Positions 20,142 through 31,538 of a DNA stretch of 36,618 bases are shown in pieces. Location: positions 1-36,618 of the forward strand of contig DAOWHQ010000200.1 in assembly GCA_030641355.1 (NCBI GenBank). The letters run 5' to 3'. The notes under the pieces were generated by a model. The model saw nothing but the letters and a program-made list of their open reading frames with translations. It was not told the DNA's origin and searched no databases. The DNA is from Alphaproteobacteria bacterium (lineage in GTDB: Bacteria > Pseudomonadota > Alphaproteobacteria > Sphingomonadales > Emcibacteraceae). How positions within the stretch are numbered: the first letter of the stretch is position 1; each line of letters opens with the position of its first letter. The translations under genes and the position numbers were made by a program.

Positions 20142-20606
20142 TTAGTTTCCAGGCTGGACATTAGACGGGCCACCGGCGCCGAATCTTCCGATATTTCCGA
20201 AGAGTTCCTGAATGAAACTTAATTCACGGCCATGGGTCTGTGTTGTTTTACCTACCGGTTCAATATTATTGCGGTCATCAAGTGTGAAGTGGTCAACAGC
20301 TGTGACATAACCATCGCTGTCAAAACGGATGGCAATGATATTTAATTCCGTAATGTTTTCCTTGAAAAAGGCCAGACTTTCCGATTTTTTGGAATAATAA
20401 TACCAGTTATCATTGTCAAAAGTAGCTACGGAAGATGGGCTGCCCAACATTTCCTGCACTGAATCACGGGAATCCACTTCTGCTCTAATGGAACTTACCA
20501 TTTTCTCATCGACCTTATATCCTCTGATAAATTTCCGCGAGGTACAGGCTCCCAGAGCCATAACTGCCATGATTATGATAATGATCGTTTTTGTAGTGCT
20601 TTTCAT
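20142..20606 (-). CDS. bamE: Outer membrane protein assembly lipoprotein BamE (SmpA/OmlA)
   Basis: Lipobox LGAC, V..MLGSPS, WYY, I.FD..G.V, alphaproteobacterial tail QELFGNIGR. Confidence 0.92.
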   Translation of the reverse strand: MKSTTKTIIIIIMAVMALGACTSRKFIRGYKVDEKMVSSIRAEVDSRDSVQEMLGSPSSVATFDNDNWYYYSKKSESLAFFKENITELNIIAIRFDSDGYVTAVDHFTLDDRNNIEPVGKTTQTHGRELSFIQELFGNIGRFGAGGPSNVQPGN

Positions 20607-20751
20607 AAGGTAATTATGCCCGTTTATACTAAAATATGCCCAGTTTTAATTGCAGTATGCGCCGCGGCATGATACCAAACGCAAAACGTAGCACAAAATG
20701 GCACCTGTCAACCTGCTAGTCAATGTTTTTAAATAGGGATATGATCATTAT

Positions 20752-21291
20752 ATGGTGTTTTTAAGGCGAAATAAAAAAAATAAAGATGCAGCCTATGCCC
20801 TTTTTACTGAAATTGTGGCCCAGTCACGTATGCCGCACTTTTATTCAGACTGGGGCATTGCTGATACTCTTGATGGCCGCTTTGACCTTATCATTCTCCA
20901 TGTGAGCCTTGTGGTCAGACGGTTTGAGAAGGATGACGACAACAAACAGATGGCCTTATTAATCCGGCATTTACGGGAAGTATTGTTTGAAAATATGGAT
21001 ATGTCTTTGCGTGAGATTGGGGTCGGGGATATGAGTATTGGTAAGAAGGTCAAGGTTATGGCCGAAGCTTACTATGGACGGGCGGCAGCCTATGCCAAAG
21101 CAATTCAGTCGGATGATATAAGGACAAGTCTTAAATCAGCACTGATTAGAAATATTTATAGGGAACAGCCCCCGGAGGATGCCACATTGGATGATTTGAT
21201 GTCCTATGTTATGGCTCAGATAAAATGCCTTGATGCGCAAAAAAATGATGATTTTTTGCAGGCTAAAATAACTTTTGAAAAAGCAAATTAA
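20752..21291 (+). CDS. Ubiquinol-cytochrome c chaperone family (Cbp3/UQCC1-like)
   Basis: QSR.P.FY...I.DT.DGRFDLI.LH, MD.SLRE.GVGD.S..KK.K.MAEA.YGR, L.RNIY. Confidence 0.88.
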   Translation: MVFLRRNKKNKDAAYALFTEIVAQSRMPHFYSDWGIADTLDGRFDLIILHVSLVVRRFEKDDDNKQMALLIRHLREVLFENMDMSLREIGVGDMSIGKKVKVMAEAYYGRAAAYAKAIQSDDIRTSLKSALIRNIYREQPPEDATLDDLMSYVMAQIKCLDAQKNDDFLQAKITFEKAN

Positions 21292-21863
21292 TGACCCAAG
21301 ATGATGAAATTCCAGAATTACCCGTAGAATTTTCGCGGCCTGTTGATGTAACCAGCTTCGGATCAAAGGGCCGGCATTTTAAATTTCAGGCAACACAAGG
21401 GGAAAGAGATGCCCTTGCAAGGCGCTATTGTGTTTTGAATGTGAATGATCTGTCTGTTGACTGTAAGATTACACCCTCTAGAAAGGGATCTTTTAAGCTA
21501 GGGGCGACATTTAACGCCAACGTTACCCAGTCATGTGGTATTTCTCTTGAGCCTGTGAAAGAAAAAATTTCAGGCAAATTCACACTGACCCTGCAACAGT
21601 CTACACAGCAGAGACGCAAAGAAACGGCTGAAATTGAGTTTGCCGCGGATGAAGAAGATACTGAGTTTATGTGCTCAAATTTTATTGATGTTGGCGAGAT
21701 GGCAGCACAGCATTTGTCGCTTGAAATTAATCCTTATCCCCGAAAACAGGATAGCACCGGCGAGGAACTGGGACAAAAAATTATTAAAGAGAAAGATGTG
21801 GTTCTGGAAGTAGAAAAGAAGAATCCTTTTGCGGTGTTGAAAAGTTTAAAACATAAGACTTGA
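21291..21863 (+). CDS. yceD: DUF177/YceD family protein
   Basis: A...ER.ALA.R, A.V.Q.C.ISLEPV, D.GE...Q.L.L...PYPR, NPFAVL..LK. Confidence 0.85.
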   Translation: MTQDDEIPELPVEFSRPVDVTSFGSKGRHFKFQATQGERDALARRYCVLNVNDLSVDCKITPSRKGSFKLGATFNANVTQSCGISLEPVKEKISGKFTLTLQQSTQQRRKETAEIEFAADEEDTEFMCSNFIDVGEMAAQHLSLEINPYPRKQDSTGEELGQKIIKEKDVVLEVEKKNPFAVLKSLKHKT

Positions 21864-21937
21864 AGATAGTGTATTATCAAGTATTGTCACCAATGACTTA
21901 AATTAATTTATATAATAAATCAGATAGAAGAGTTACC

Positions 21938-22987
21938 TTGAAGCGTAAAAATATATTTTCTCTGGATGCCATGGGCGGTGACGTTGGCCCTAAAGTTGTT
22001 ATAGAAGGGGCTAGCATCGCCCGCGAGAGACTTCCGGATGCCAAATTTTTAATATTTGGTGATGAAGCTCAAATTGCGCCACTGGTGACTAAATACCCGC
22101 TTCTGAAAGAAAGTTGCGAGATCCGTCATACCGATAAAATCGTAACCTCGGAAGATAAACCGGGACAGGCTTTGCGCCGGGGACGTCAGTCAAGTATGGG
22201 ACTTGCTATTCAGGCGGTGAAAGATGGTGATGCCGGCGCCGCAGTTTCTGCGGGAAATACTGGTGCGTTAATGGCTATGGCCAAATTTATGTTACGTACG
22301 ATGCCGGGTATTGACAGACCGGCTCTGGCTTCATTATTGCCCACATCCTGTGGTGAAAGCATTATGCTTGACCTTGGGGCTAATGTGGAATGTAGCGATA
22401 AAAACCTTATTCAGTTCGCCATTATGGGCGCGGCCTTTGCCCGGACGGTTCTGGGGCTTGCCAATCCTTCTGTGGCCCTGCTTAATGTGGGCGTTGAAGA
22501 ATTGAAGGGTAATGAGACTATCAAGAATGCGGACCGGATGCTGCGGGATACCAATCTGCCAATGGATTATATTGGGTTTACCGAGGGACACGGCCTTGCT
22601 AATGGCGATGTTGATGTGGTTGTCACCGATGGCTTTACCGGAAATGTGGCGCTGAAGACAGCCGAAGGCACGGCGCGTATGATTGCCGGAATGCTGAAAG
22701 CGGCTTTATCGGATTCTATGATGTCAAAAATCGGTTATCTGTTTGCCAAACCCGCCTTGATGGGCCTAAAGGATCATCTGGACCCTAATAATCATAATGG
22801 CGCAGTATTTATGGGTCTTAATGGCCTCGTTATTAAAAGCCATGGCGGAGCTTCCGCAGCAGGGTTTGCCAGTGCCATCGGTGTTGCTGCTGATATGGCC
22901 TCAAACGACCTTGCCGGAAAAATTAGCAAAGATCTTAAGCGGTTTGAAAGAAATGAAGATGACGTAATCGAGGAAAAGGCTGAATGA
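21938..22987 (+). CDS. plsX: Phosphate acyltransferase PlsX
   Basis: [45 protein letters not shown]. Confidence 0.97.
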   Translation: MKRKNIFSLDAMGGDVGPKVVIEGASIARERLPDAKFLIFGDEAQIAPLVTKYPLLKESCEIRHTDKIVTSEDKPGQALRRGRQSSMGLAIQAVKDGDAGAAVSAGNTGALMAMAKFMLRTMPGIDRPALASLLPTSCGESIMLDLGANVECSDKNLIQFAIMGAAFARTVLGLANPSVALLNVGVEELKGNETIKNADRMLRDTNLPMDYIGFTEGHGLANGDVDVVVTDGFTGNVALKTAEGTARMIAGMLKAALSDSMMSKIGYLFAKPALMGLKDHLDPNNHNGAVFMGLNGLVIKSHGGASAAGFASAIGVAADMASNDLAGKISKDLKRFERNEDDVIEEKAE

Positions 22988-23961
22988 CCAGTTTTCGCTC
23001 TGTTGTTTCCGGTTGTGGCTCGTATCTTCCTGAAAAAATAATTACTAACAAACAAATGGAAGATCTGGTCGATACTACTGATGAGTGGATCATCGAACGT
23101 ACCGGAATAAAACAAAGACATATCGCCGCAGAAGGTGAATTAACATCTGATTTGGCAATCAAGGCTGCGCAAAGAGCTTTGGCGGCGGCATCTCTTACAG
23201 CAAATGATATTGATCTGATTATTTTGGCGACCTCAACGCCGGATCAGACATTCCCGGCCACCGCGACCCGTGTTCAGGCCGCACTCGGCATGGAAAAGGG
23301 TGCTGCATTTGACGTGCAGGCCGTATGTTCAGGCTTTATTTATGCGATGGCGACAGCGGATAATTTTATCCGTGCAGGACAGGTCAAACACGCACTTGTG
23401 ATTGGTGCCGAAACTTTTTCCCGCATATTGGATTGGGAAGATCGGACGACCTGTGTGTTGTTTGGAGATGGTGCGGGAGCCGTGGTGCTTTCTGCGGGTC
23501 CCAATACTAATACTAATAAAGATCAGGGTATCCTGTCTTCTCATCTTCATTCTGATGGTCGTTATAATGAGTTGCTTTATGTAGACGGCGGGGTGTCTTC
23601 TACACAATCCACCGGATATTTGCGTATGCGGGGCAAGGAAGTCTTCCGCCATGCGGTCACCAATCTGGCTAGTGTGGTAAAAGAAGCTTTGGAATTTAAT
23701 GATATGACCGCCGATGATGTGGATATGGTGATCCCCCATCAGGCCAATAAGCGCATATTGGACGCTACCATACGCAAGTTAAAAATAGACCCGGATAAAG
23801 TCGCGGTCACGGTTCATAAACATGCCAATACATCGGCGGCTTCAATCCCGCTTGCGCTGGATGAAATGATCAAGGAAGACCGAATCGCTCGTGGCGATAT
23901 TGTTGTTCTGGAGGCCATGGGTGGCGGATTTACCTGGGGTTCCTGCTTAATCCGGTGGTAA
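22984..23961 (+). CDS. fabH: 3-oxoacyl-ACP synthase III
   Basis: EWI..RTGI..R, AVCSGF (catalytic Cys), [34 protein letters not shown]. Confidence 0.98.
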   Translation: MTSFRSVVSGCGSYLPEKIITNKQMEDLVDTTDEWIIERTGIKQRHIAAEGELTSDLAIKAAQRALAAASLTANDIDLIILATSTPDQTFPATATRVQAALGMEKGAAFDVQAVCSGFIYAMATADNFIRAGQVKHALVIGAETFSRILDWEDRTTCVLFGDGAGAVVLSAGPNTNTNKDQGILSSHLHSDGRYNELLYVDGGVSSTQSTGYLRMRGKEVFRHAVTNLASVVKEALEFNDMTADDVDMVIPHQANKRILDATIRKLKIDPDKVAVTVHKHANTSAASIPLALDEMIKEDRIARGDIVVLEAMGGGFTWGSCLIRW

Positions 23962-23966
23962 AACAC

Positions 23967-23996
23967 GGCAATTTTAAATAATAATTGCCTTTTATT
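23967..23996 (+). terminator. Putative intrinsic terminator after fabH
   Basis: GGCAATT-N9-AATTGCC followed by TTTTATT. Confidence 0.45.
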
Positions 23997-24102
23997 ACAA
24001 AAAATCACGTTACCCTGTATCTTAGCAATAGTTTGCATCCCTTTGATATTGACTGATAATTCTGTGTGAAGTAGACTCTCCATACATCATAAGGAATTGA
24101 AA

Positions 24103-24405
24103 ATGAGCAAAAAAACTGTAACGAGAGCCGATTTAAGTGAGGCTGTTTATCAAGAGGTTGGCTTATCAAGGAACGAGTCTGCTGAATTGGTGGAAGCTGT
24201 TCTGGATGAAATTTCCAAGAATCTTGTTGAAGGTGATAATGTAAAAATTTCTTCTTTTGGCAGTTTCATTGTCCGGTCAAAAGACGGTCGCATTGGCCGC
24301 AATCCCAAGACCGGCGAGGAAGTACCCATTGAACCCCGAAGAGTATTGGTTTTCAGACCATCACAGGTTTTAAAAAACCGTGTGAGCGGCATGAGCGATA
24401 GCTGA
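24103..24405 (+). CDS. ihfA: Integration host factor alpha subunit
   Basis: [41 protein letters not shown]; AAGGA RBS before ATG 24103. Confidence 0.96.
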   Translation: MSKKTVTRADLSEAVYQEVGLSRNESAELVEAVLDEISKNLVEGDNVKISSFGSFIVRSKDGRIGRNPKTGEEVPIEPRRVLVFRPSQVLKNRVSGMSDS

Positions 24406-24480
24406 TCATAATCTATCCGTTTATCTTCACTGGCATGGGCACGGTGTATTTAAGCGCATGGTAAGAGGGGAAATGAAAAT

Positions 24481-24933
24481 ATGGCATCTAGGGCGAGTAA
24501 ATCACAGAATGCATTTCGCACCATAAGCGAAGTGGCGAATTCTATGGGGATTCAGCAGCATGTTCTGCGCTTTTGGGAAAGCAAGTTCAGCCAAATTGCC
24601 CCTATGAAAAGGGGCGGTGGCCGCCGCTATTACCGACCAGAAGATGTTGAAATAATTGAAGTAATTCGTAATCTACTTCATGAAGATGGCTATACCATCA
24701 AAGGGGCGCAAAAATATCTGAAAGAGCATGGGGTCAAGAATGTGCTTCAGGCATTTAATGACAAGACTGAAAACGGAACTGCCAACCCAGAGAGTGATTA
24801 TGACGCTCAACTGATGAATGTCACAAAAAAAAGGGAGCAGCATATTACTGAGGGATCAGATACCGTTGCCTCATTAAAAAATATCAGAGCCCGTCTGGAA
24901 AAAGCCCGCAAAACTTTGAAAGTGGATAGCTAA
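24481..24933 (+). CDS. MerR-family HTH regulator (conserved ihfA-linked type)
   Basis: FRTISEVA...[25 protein letters not shown]...GYTIKG. Confidence 0.92.
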   Translation: MASRASKSQNAFRTISEVANSMGIQQHVLRFWESKFSQIAPMKRGGGRRYYRPEDVEIIEVIRNLLHEDGYTIKGAQKYLKEHGVKNVLQAFNDKTENGTANPESDYDAQLMNVTKKREQHITEGSDTVASLKNIRARLEKARKTLKVDS

Positions 24934-25700
24934 ACCTCTAGCTCGCACCAGATAGGGGTGTGGTCGGAGGCTTTTTCTTTGCCGCGTGGTACCCTGTCAA
25001 CATCACATTTTTTTAGCCTGTCCGCCGCCTGCGGGGACAACAAGAGATGATCAATCCGCAGGCCATTGTCCTTCTGCCATGCGCCGCGCTGGTAATCCCA
25101 ATAGGTGTAATTGGGGCCGGAGGGGAAATAATGGCGTAATGCATCGGTTAAGCCCAGATTGAGCAGAGTGTAATAACGCTCCCGCGTTTCAGGCTGGGTT
25201 AGCGCATCGCCAGACATTCTGTGGGGATCATAGCTATCCTCACCCTTGGGGCAGCAATTATAATCACCGCCAAGGACAAACATTTCTTCTTGGGTCAGCA
25301 GTTCTTTGGCCCGCGTAATAAGCCTGTCCATCCATTTGAGTTTATACTCAAATTTCGGGCCGGGCAGGGGATTACCATTGGGCAGATATAACCCGCCAAC
25401 ACGAACCGTATTTATGGTGGCTTCTATATATCTGGCATGATCATCATCATCGTCACCGGGCAGGCCGACCATGACATCCTCAATGGGATATTTGGAGAGG
25501 ATCGCGACACCGTTATAGGTTTTCTGCCCGTGAACGGCCACGTTATAGCCAAGCTCTTCTATCTCCAGATAGGGGAAATTTTCATCGGTGCATTTCAATT
25601 CCTGAAGCATGACCACATCTGGGCTGAAATCCTTCAGCCACTCGGTGACGCGAGGCAGACGGGCTTTAATCGAGTTTACATTCCATGAAGCAATTATCAT
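24930..25700 (-). CDS. xth: Exodeoxyribonuclease III
   Basis: [43 protein letters not shown]; ATG at 25700 overlaps the erpA stop (ATGA). Confidence 0.96.
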   Translation of the reverse strand: MIIASWNVNSIKARLPRVTEWLKDFSPDVVMLQELKCTDENFPYLEIEELGYNVAVHGQKTYNGVAILSKYPIEDVMVGLPGDDDDDHARYIEATINTVRVGGLYLPNGNPLPGPKFEYKLKWMDRLITRAKELLTQEEMFVLGGDYNCCPKGEDSYDPHRMSGDALTQPETRERYYTLLNLGLTDALRHYFPSGPNYTYWDYQRGAWQKDNGLRIDHLLLSPQAADRLKKCDVDRVPRGKEKASDHTPIWCELEV

Positions 25701-26038
25701 ACTGCGAATGATGAGCCACATCCGCAGGAAGCGGTGGCGTTAGGATTTTTTACCACAAACATGGACCCGGCCAGTTCTTCGACAAAATCCACTTCCGAAC
25801 CGGTCAGATACAGCAGGGACAGGCCATCAACAAGCATGGTCACTCCATCGCGCACAACGACCAGATCATCGTCCCTTTGGTCTTTGACCAGATTAAAATC
25901 ATATTGAAAACCGGAACAGCCGCCGCCATCAACCGAAATACGGAATTTTAGCGCTGTATCGCCTTCTTTTTCGCATAGCGCGGCGATGCGCTTTGCCGCA
26001 CTTGCCGATAATGTCACCGGTGTTGTTTCTGTAGTCAT
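25697..26038 (-). CDS. erpA: A-type Fe-S carrier protein ErpA
   Basis: GGGCSGFQY, NPNA.ASCGCGSSF. Confidence 0.93.
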   Translation of the reverse strand: MTTETTPVTLSASAAKRIAALCEKEGDTALKFRISVDGGGCSGFQYDFNLVKDQRDDDLVVVRDGVTMLVDGLSLLYLTGSEVDFVEELAGSMFVVKNPNATASCGCGSSFAV

Positions 26039-26094
26039 TATTCTAATTTACCCTGATGTTTTTTTTCATAATACACTATATAAGTAGGAAATGA

Positions 26095-27330
26095 ATGAAT
26101 ATTGTCAATGAATGGAAAATTCACTTAATGAATTCTGATTTCAAAATCTATCAGCCAACCGCTAATTATGCCCCCTATGCCTGTCTTGCGGAAAAGAGCA
26201 GGGGGCGGCTTCATTCCGAACATGAAACCAAAACCCGTTCGCCCTTTCAGCGGGACCGGGACCGGATTATTCATTCCGGGGCTTTTCGGCGGCTGATCCA
26301 TAAAACTCAGGTGTTTGTTTATCATGAAGGCGATTATTACCGTACCCGCCTGACCCATTCCATCGAAGTGGCACAGATCGCACGCAGTATCGCTATTGTG
26401 CTGGGTCTGAATGATGAGATTGCTGAATCTCTGGCGCTGGTTCATGATTTTGGTCACACGCCTTTTGGTCATAATGGCGAGGAAGCCATGAATGCGGTCA
26501 TGGAACCTTATCAGGGCTTCGATCATAATGCCCAGTCCTTACGGGTTGTGACCAAGTTGGAGCAGAGATACGCGGGCTTTGATGGTTTGAACCTGACGTG
26601 GGAAACGCTTGAAGGGCTGGCAAAGCATAACGGCCCTCTGTGTGAGGAAGGTCAGTTTGATGATCTGAACGTCAATTTACGCACCTATAACGACCAACAT
26701 GACCTTGAACTGCACACCTATTCCAGTGCGGAAGCACAGGTAGCAGCGGTTTCCGATGATGTGGCCTATAATAATCATGATATCGCCGATGGGATACGGG
26801 CAGGGTTGCTCACCATGGATCAGCTGGAAGAATTGCCGCTGTTGAGTGATATTATCCGCGAGGTGAGGGATACTTACGGCGCGTTGGAAGACGGGCGGGA
26901 AATTCATGAAGTGGTGCGACGCCTGATTAATATAATGGTCAATGATATTCTGGTTGAGAGCAAAAAGCGTATTTCGGCCCTGCAACCGGAAACGGTTGAT
27001 GATATCCGAAATGCCTCTCAAAGTGTTATTTCCTTCTCGGATGAAATGAAAGAATTCGATAAAAGATTGAAATCTTTCCTGATGCAGAATATGTATCGTC
27101 ATTACAAAGTTAACCGCATGTCCAGCAAGGCGAAAAGAGTGATAACCGATTTGTTTGAACTTTTTCAGGCCGAGCCGGAATGTCTGCCAACAGAATGGCA
27201 AACACCGGAGGTACTGGCAGCCCCCCAGACCCGCGCCCGCCATGTGGCAGACTTTATCGCAGGTATGACTGACCGTTATGCCATATTGGAACATAAAAGA
27301 TTATTTGATACATCGTTGTTTGAATTATGA
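26095..27330 (+). CDS. dgt: Deoxyguanosinetriphosphate triphosphohydrolase (HD family)
   Basis: [48 protein letters not shown]; start may be 26128. Confidence 0.95.
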   Translation: MNIVNEWKIHLMNSDFKIYQPTANYAPYACLAEKSRGRLHSEHETKTRSPFQRDRDRIIHSGAFRRLIHKTQVFVYHEGDYYRTRLTHSIEVAQIARSIAIVLGLNDEIAESLALVHDFGHTPFGHNGEEAMNAVMEPYQGFDHNAQSLRVVTKLEQRYAGFDGLNLTWETLEGLAKHNGPLCEEGQFDDLNVNLRTYNDQHDLELHTYSSAEAQVAAVSDDVAYNNHDIADGIRAGLLTMDQLEELPLLSDIIREVRDTYGALEDGREIHEVVRRLINIMVNDILVESKKRISALQPETVDDIRNASQSVISFSDEMKEFDKRLKSFLMQNMYRHYKVNRMSSKAKRVITDLFELFQAEPECLPTEWQTPEVLAAPQTRARHVADFIAGMTDRYAILEHKRLFDTSLFEL

Positions 27331-29078
27331 ATATTTTTGATACTTTCTCTCAGGCCTTAAAGACCATAGTCTCCGGGCTTGAAAAAGACGGCAAACTGCC
27401 TGAAAACCTTGACCTGAAAAATGTCACCATTGAGCCACCACGGGATGCCTCACATGGGGAGATATCCACCAATATCGCCATGGTTTTAACCAGACAGGCC
27501 CGCATGAAACCCCGTGATATTGCAGATATGGTAGCGGATGGTCTGCGGGATGTGGACAGTGTTGAAAAGGTTGAAGTAGCCGGACCGGGCTTTATCAATA
27601 TCACCTTGAAACAGGATGTTATTCAGTCTCAGGTATCAAAAATCCTGAATGCGGCAAGCAATTACGGCAGTTCGAAAATCGGCGATCATGAAAAGGTAAA
27701 TGTGGAATATGTCTCGGTCAATCCCACCGGACCGCTTCATGTGGGCCATTGTCGGGGCGCAATATTTGGTGATGCCTTGGCGTCATTGCTGGAATATACC
27801 GGTTATGATGTGACCCGCGAATATTACATCAATGATGCGGGCGGGCAGATTGATGTTCTGGCGAGATCAGCATACCTGCGTTACAGGGAAGCTTTGGGCG
27901 AGGATATTGGGGAGATTTCCGAAGGACTTTATCCCGGTGTTTATCTTATCCCCGTGGGCAAGGCCTTGGCGGAAAAATATGGCGATCAATGGCTGGGCGC
28001 TGATGAAAGCGTATGGCTGCATGATGTTCGTCAGTTCGCAACGGACGCCATGATGGATATGATACGGGCTGATTTGGAAACGCTTTCCATTAAGCATGAA
28101 GTCTTTTTCTCTGAGTTAACGCTTCACAAAAGTGGGCAGATACAGGCGGCACTGGATAAGCTGGAAGACAAGGGTCTTATCTATACCGGTGTTCTCGAAG
28201 CCCCAAAAGGTACCAAGCCCGATGATTGGGAAGAACGACCTCAGACGCTGTTTAAATCCACTGATTTTGGCGATGATGTGGACCGGGCGATTAAGAAGTC
28301 TGATGGCAGCTGGACTTATTTCGCCGCCGATGTGGCCTATCATAATGACAAGATTGAGCGCGGCTATACCAGCTTGATTGATGTGTGGGGCGCGGATCAT
28401 GGCGGATATGTCAAACGGGTCGAATCCGTTATAAAGGCCCTTACCGATGATAAGGTCAAACTGGACGTGCGCCTTTGTCAGATGGTCAAATTGTTGCGGG
28501 ACGGTGTGCCTGTGAAAATGTCGAAGCGTTCTGGCAACTTTATCACCATGCGCGATATCGTGGATGAGGTGGGCAAGGATGTTGTGCGCTTCATCATGTT
28601 GACCCGTAAAAATGATGCATCTCTTGATTTCGATTTTGCTCGTGTGACTGAACAGTCAAAGGATAATCCGGTTTTTTATGTGCAATACGCCCATGCCCGG
28701 GTACATTCCGTTTTACGTAAAACGCAAGCTGCCTTTCCCGATCTTGATGTGTCTAAAGCCTCGCTTGCCGGAGCAGATATGACGGTATTTACCGATAGCA
28801 GTGAGTTATCCCTGATCCGGAATATGATGAACTGGCCGCGCTTTGTGGAATCCGCGGCTTTGGCCCGTGAGCCGCACCGGATAGCTTACTATCTATATGA
28901 ATTGGCTTCTGAATTTCATGCTCTGTGGAATAAAGGCAACGATAATCTTGATCTTCGCTTCATTATCGAAGATGATAGGGAAAAGACATTGTCACGGTTG
29001 GCATTGATTACAGCTGTTGCCAATATAATTGCGGCGGGTCTTAATATTTTAGGTGTGGAGCCTGTTACTGAAATGTAG
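27327..29078 (+). CDS. argS: Arginine-tRNA ligase
   Basis: [17 protein letters not shown] (HIGH), [19 protein letters not shown]. Confidence 0.98.
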   Translation: MNIFDTFSQALKTIVSGLEKDGKLPENLDLKNVTIEPPRDASHGEISTNIAMVLTRQARMKPRDIADMVADGLRDVDSVEKVEVAGPGFINITLKQDVIQSQVSKILNAASNYGSSKIGDHEKVNVEYVSVNPTGPLHVGHCRGAIFGDALASLLEYTGYDVTREYYINDAGGQIDVLARSAYLRYREALGEDIGEISEGLYPGVYLIPVGKALAEKYGDQWLGADESVWLHDVRQFATDAMMDMIRADLETLSIKHEVFFSELTLHKSGQIQAALDKLEDKGLIYTGVLEAPKGTKPDDWEERPQTLFKSTDFGDDVDRAIKKSDGSWTYFAADVAYHNDKIERGYTSLIDVWGADHGGYVKRVESVIKALTDDKVKLDVRLCQMVKLLRDGVPVKMSKRSGNFITMRDIVDEVGKDVVRFIMLTRKNDASLDFDFARVTEQSKDNPVFYVQYAHARVHSVLRKTQAAFPDLDVSKASLAGADMTVFTDSSELSLIRNMMNWPRFVESAALAREPHRIAYYLYELASEFHALWNKGNDNLDLRFIIEDDREKTLSRLALITAVANIIAAGLNILGVEPVTEM

Positions 29079-29110
29079 GCCCATTTTTAAACACTGGGAG
29101 GGGATATTGT

Positions 29111-29854
29111 ATGTCAGATGAAGGTGGAAGAGCCTCTTGGCTTGAGCCATTACCGGAAGAATATGTCACCGATGATGACATGACAGGACGGCGGATGCTT
29201 TTTGCAGCAATAACCGTTGTGGTTCTGGTGATTTTTGGCGGCATGGTCTGGTATAGCTATCTGGAGGGTGCTGATAGCGGGCCGGTTCCGGTGGTGCATG
29301 CGGATAAATCAGTGGTTAAGGAAAAACCAGTTACCCCTGGTGGACTGCAAGTGCCGGATCAGGACAAGGGCGTTTTTAACAGAGTAGCCTCAGGACAGGT
29401 CGACAATAGTGAGAAGCTCGAATCAAGTGCAGAATTGCCCATTGAACGCCCTGTTGATCTTAAGCTCACAGAAGAAAAAGCAGAAATAGCAGAAAAAGCT
29501 CCTCCAGTTGCAGAAGAAAAGAAAGAAGAAGTGGTGGTGCCACCAAAGCCAAAAGTTGTGGTTAAGGAAGAAAAGGTCATAGCACCGGAAAAGGTTGATA
29601 AAATTGGCAATTTTCTCGTACAGTTGGGTGCATTCGGAAAAAATAGTACTGCTGTGGAGCTATGGCGTAAAATTCAGAAGAAAAATTACGCCATACTAAA
29701 AGGCTTTGATTCCGATATAATGATGATTGATTTGGGAAAGAGGGGTATTTTCTACCGTCTTAGGGCCGGACCTATCATTGACAGAGCTAGTGCAGGTAAA
29801 GTCTGTGTGGCGCTAAAAGCTAACAAACAAGCCTGTATTGTGGTGGTAAAATAA
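29111..29854 (+). CDS. Single-pass SPOR-domain protein (FtsN-like)
   Basis: N-terminal TM, P..PGG motif, low-complexity linker, C-terminal VQLGAF...YRLRAGP...C..LK.....C SPOR domain. Confidence 0.85.
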   Translation: MSDEGGRASWLEPLPEEYVTDDDMTGRRMLFAAITVVVLVIFGGMVWYSYLEGADSGPVPVVHADKSVVKEKPVTPGGLQVPDQDKGVFNRVASGQVDNSEKLESSAELPIERPVDLKLTEEKAEIAEKAPPVAEEKKEEVVVPPKPKVVVKEEKVIAPEKVDKIGNFLVQLGAFGKNSTAVELWRKIQKKNYAILKGFDSDIMMIDLGKRGIFYRLRAGPIIDRASAGKVCVALKANKQACIVVVK

Positions 29855-30862
29855 ATGGCTCGTCCGGTTATTCAAGATTGTGAAGGTCTGGTGATGACGG
29901 CTGAGGAGAGGGCCGTTTTCAAAGACCTCGACCCGTTTGGCTTTATTTTATTTGCCCGTAACTGTCAGTCACCGGATCAGCTTAAAAAACTTACCGATGA
30001 CATGAAAGAAACAGTTGGCCGCGTGGATGTACCCATCTTCATAGATCAGGAAGGTGGGCGTGTTTGCCGTTTAAATTTTGAACATTGGCGCAAGCCACCA
30101 AGTGGTGCGGCCTTCAAAAATCTCTATGCAAAAGATGCTGAAAAAGGCCTTCTGGCAACTAAGATTAATGCCCGTCTTATGGCGGAAGAATTGCGCATGG
30201 CGGGTATTTCCGTTGATTGCTACCCCTTGCTGGATCTTGAACTCCCCGGCGCTGACCAGATAATTGGCAACCGTTCATTCGGTGAAGATATAAATATTGT
30301 TAGCCTTCTGGGCGAGGCGGCCTGTGAAGGCTTGCTTTCTGGTGGTGTATTGCCGGTGATAAAGCATATGCCGGGTCATGGCCGGGCGAGCGTTGACAGT
30401 CATAAGGCGCTTCCCATTGTGGATGCATCACTTGATCTGTTGAAGGAAACTGATTTCTCTCCTTTCAAAGCCCTAAAGCATATGCCGCTGGCTATGACGG
30501 CTCATATTATCTATAGCGCTATTGACGCTGATCTGCCGGCCACTTTGTCGGAAACTGTGATCCGTAAGGTTATTCGGGAATATATAGGCTTTAAGGGTGT
30601 ATTGATATCTGATGATGTGACCATGAAGGCGCTTACGGGAACATCTGCTGAGAATGCTAAACAGGCTTTGGTTGCGGGATGTGATCTTGTGCTTCATTGC
30701 AATGCATCTCTGGGTGATCGCCGGGAAGTTCTGGAAGCCTTATATGACTTTAATATGGTTAGTGAAAACTGGGTGGCAAGCTTATTCGCGCGCCGTAGTG
30801 AAGTTTCAGTAATAAATAGTGCAGAGATGATTGAATGGCTTGATCATGCTCTAAGGACTTGA
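29855..30862 (+). CDS. nagZ: Beta-N-acetylhexosaminidase (GH3)
   Basis: ILFARN, IDQEGGRV.R, KHMPGHG....DSH, MTAH, SDD..M.AL. Confidence 0.94.
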   Translation: MARPVIQDCEGLVMTAEERAVFKDLDPFGFILFARNCQSPDQLKKLTDDMKETVGRVDVPIFIDQEGGRVCRLNFEHWRKPPSGAAFKNLYAKDAEKGLLATKINARLMAEELRMAGISVDCYPLLDLELPGADQIIGNRSFGEDINIVSLLGEAACEGLLSGGVLPVIKHMPGHGRASVDSHKALPIVDASLDLLKETDFSPFKALKHMPLAMTAHIIYSAIDADLPATLSETVIRKVIREYIGFKGVLISDDVTMKALTGTSAENAKQALVAGCDLVLHCNASLGDRREVLEALYDFNMVSENWVASLFARRSEVSVINSAEMIEWLDHALRT

Positions 30863-30866
30863 ATAT

Positions 30867-31538
30867 ATGGAATTTTTAGAGTTATTACCGATAGTTGTAA
30901 TTCCGCTTCTTCTGGCGATAACATTACATGAAGCCGCCCATGCATGGGTTGCTTTTAAGTTGGGGGATAATACCGCAAAAATGCTTGGGCGGGTCAGCTT
31001 TAACCCCTTTGTTCATATTGATCCCTTTGGCACTGTCCTGTTGCCGGTCATACTGTTGATGAGTGGTGCGCCGGTATTGTTTGGCTATGCAAAGCCGGTT
31101 CCGGTTAATTTTATGAGGCTTAACAACCCGCGCAGGGATATGGTTTTTGTCGCCTTGGCCGGACCAGCGGCAAATATAATACTGGTTATTATCGCGGCTT
31201 CATTATTTCATATTGTAGAATTTTTACCAAATGTGGCCGGGCATTGGCTGTTGGGGAATTTAGTATTTGCTATCCAGATAAATGCCATACTTGCGGTTTT
31301 TAACATGCTGCCTATTCCACCTTTGGATGGGGGAAGGGTTGCGGTTGGCATTTTACCGGATATAATTGCCAAACCCCTGTCGCGGGTCGAGCCTTACGGT
31401 ATGTTTATTATCATCGGGTTGTTTTTGCTGCCGATGCTGGGGCGGCAGATAGGGTTGGACTTGAATATTCTATGGGCCATAATAGAACCCGCAACAGATA
31501 TGGTGAAACAATTAGCGGTTTTGATAGCTCCTAAATGA
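30867..31538 (+). CDS. Site-2 protease family (M50) membrane metalloprotease
   Basis: HEAAH, H.DP.GT, G.AKPVP, AGP..N, FN.LPIPPLDGG. Confidence 0.93.
   Translation: MEFLELLPIVVIPLLLAITLHEAAHAWVAFKLGDNTAKMLGRVSFNPFVHIDPFGTVLLPVILLMSGAPVLFGYAKPVPVNFMRLNNPRRDMVFVALAGPAANIILVIIAASLFHIVEFLPNVAGHWLLGNLVFAIQINAILAVFNMLPIPPLDGGRVAVGILPDIIAKPLSRVEPYGMFIIIGLFLLPMLGRQIGLDLNILWAIIEPATDMVKQLAVLIAPK

Noticed and set aside
23503-23520. AATACT tandem repeat in fabH
   Set aside because: Two to three in-frame units in a variable loop; too short to imply phase variation
24036-24048. IHF site upstream of ihfA
   Set aside because: Only a partial match to YAANNNNTTGATW
26677-27294. 205-aa minus-strand ORF
   Set aside because: Antisense shadow of dgt
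29461-29600. Purine-rich quasi-repeats (GCAGAAA, GAAGAAAA)
   Set aside because: Encode the low-complexity E/K/A/P linker of the SPOR protein; not a DNA repeat array
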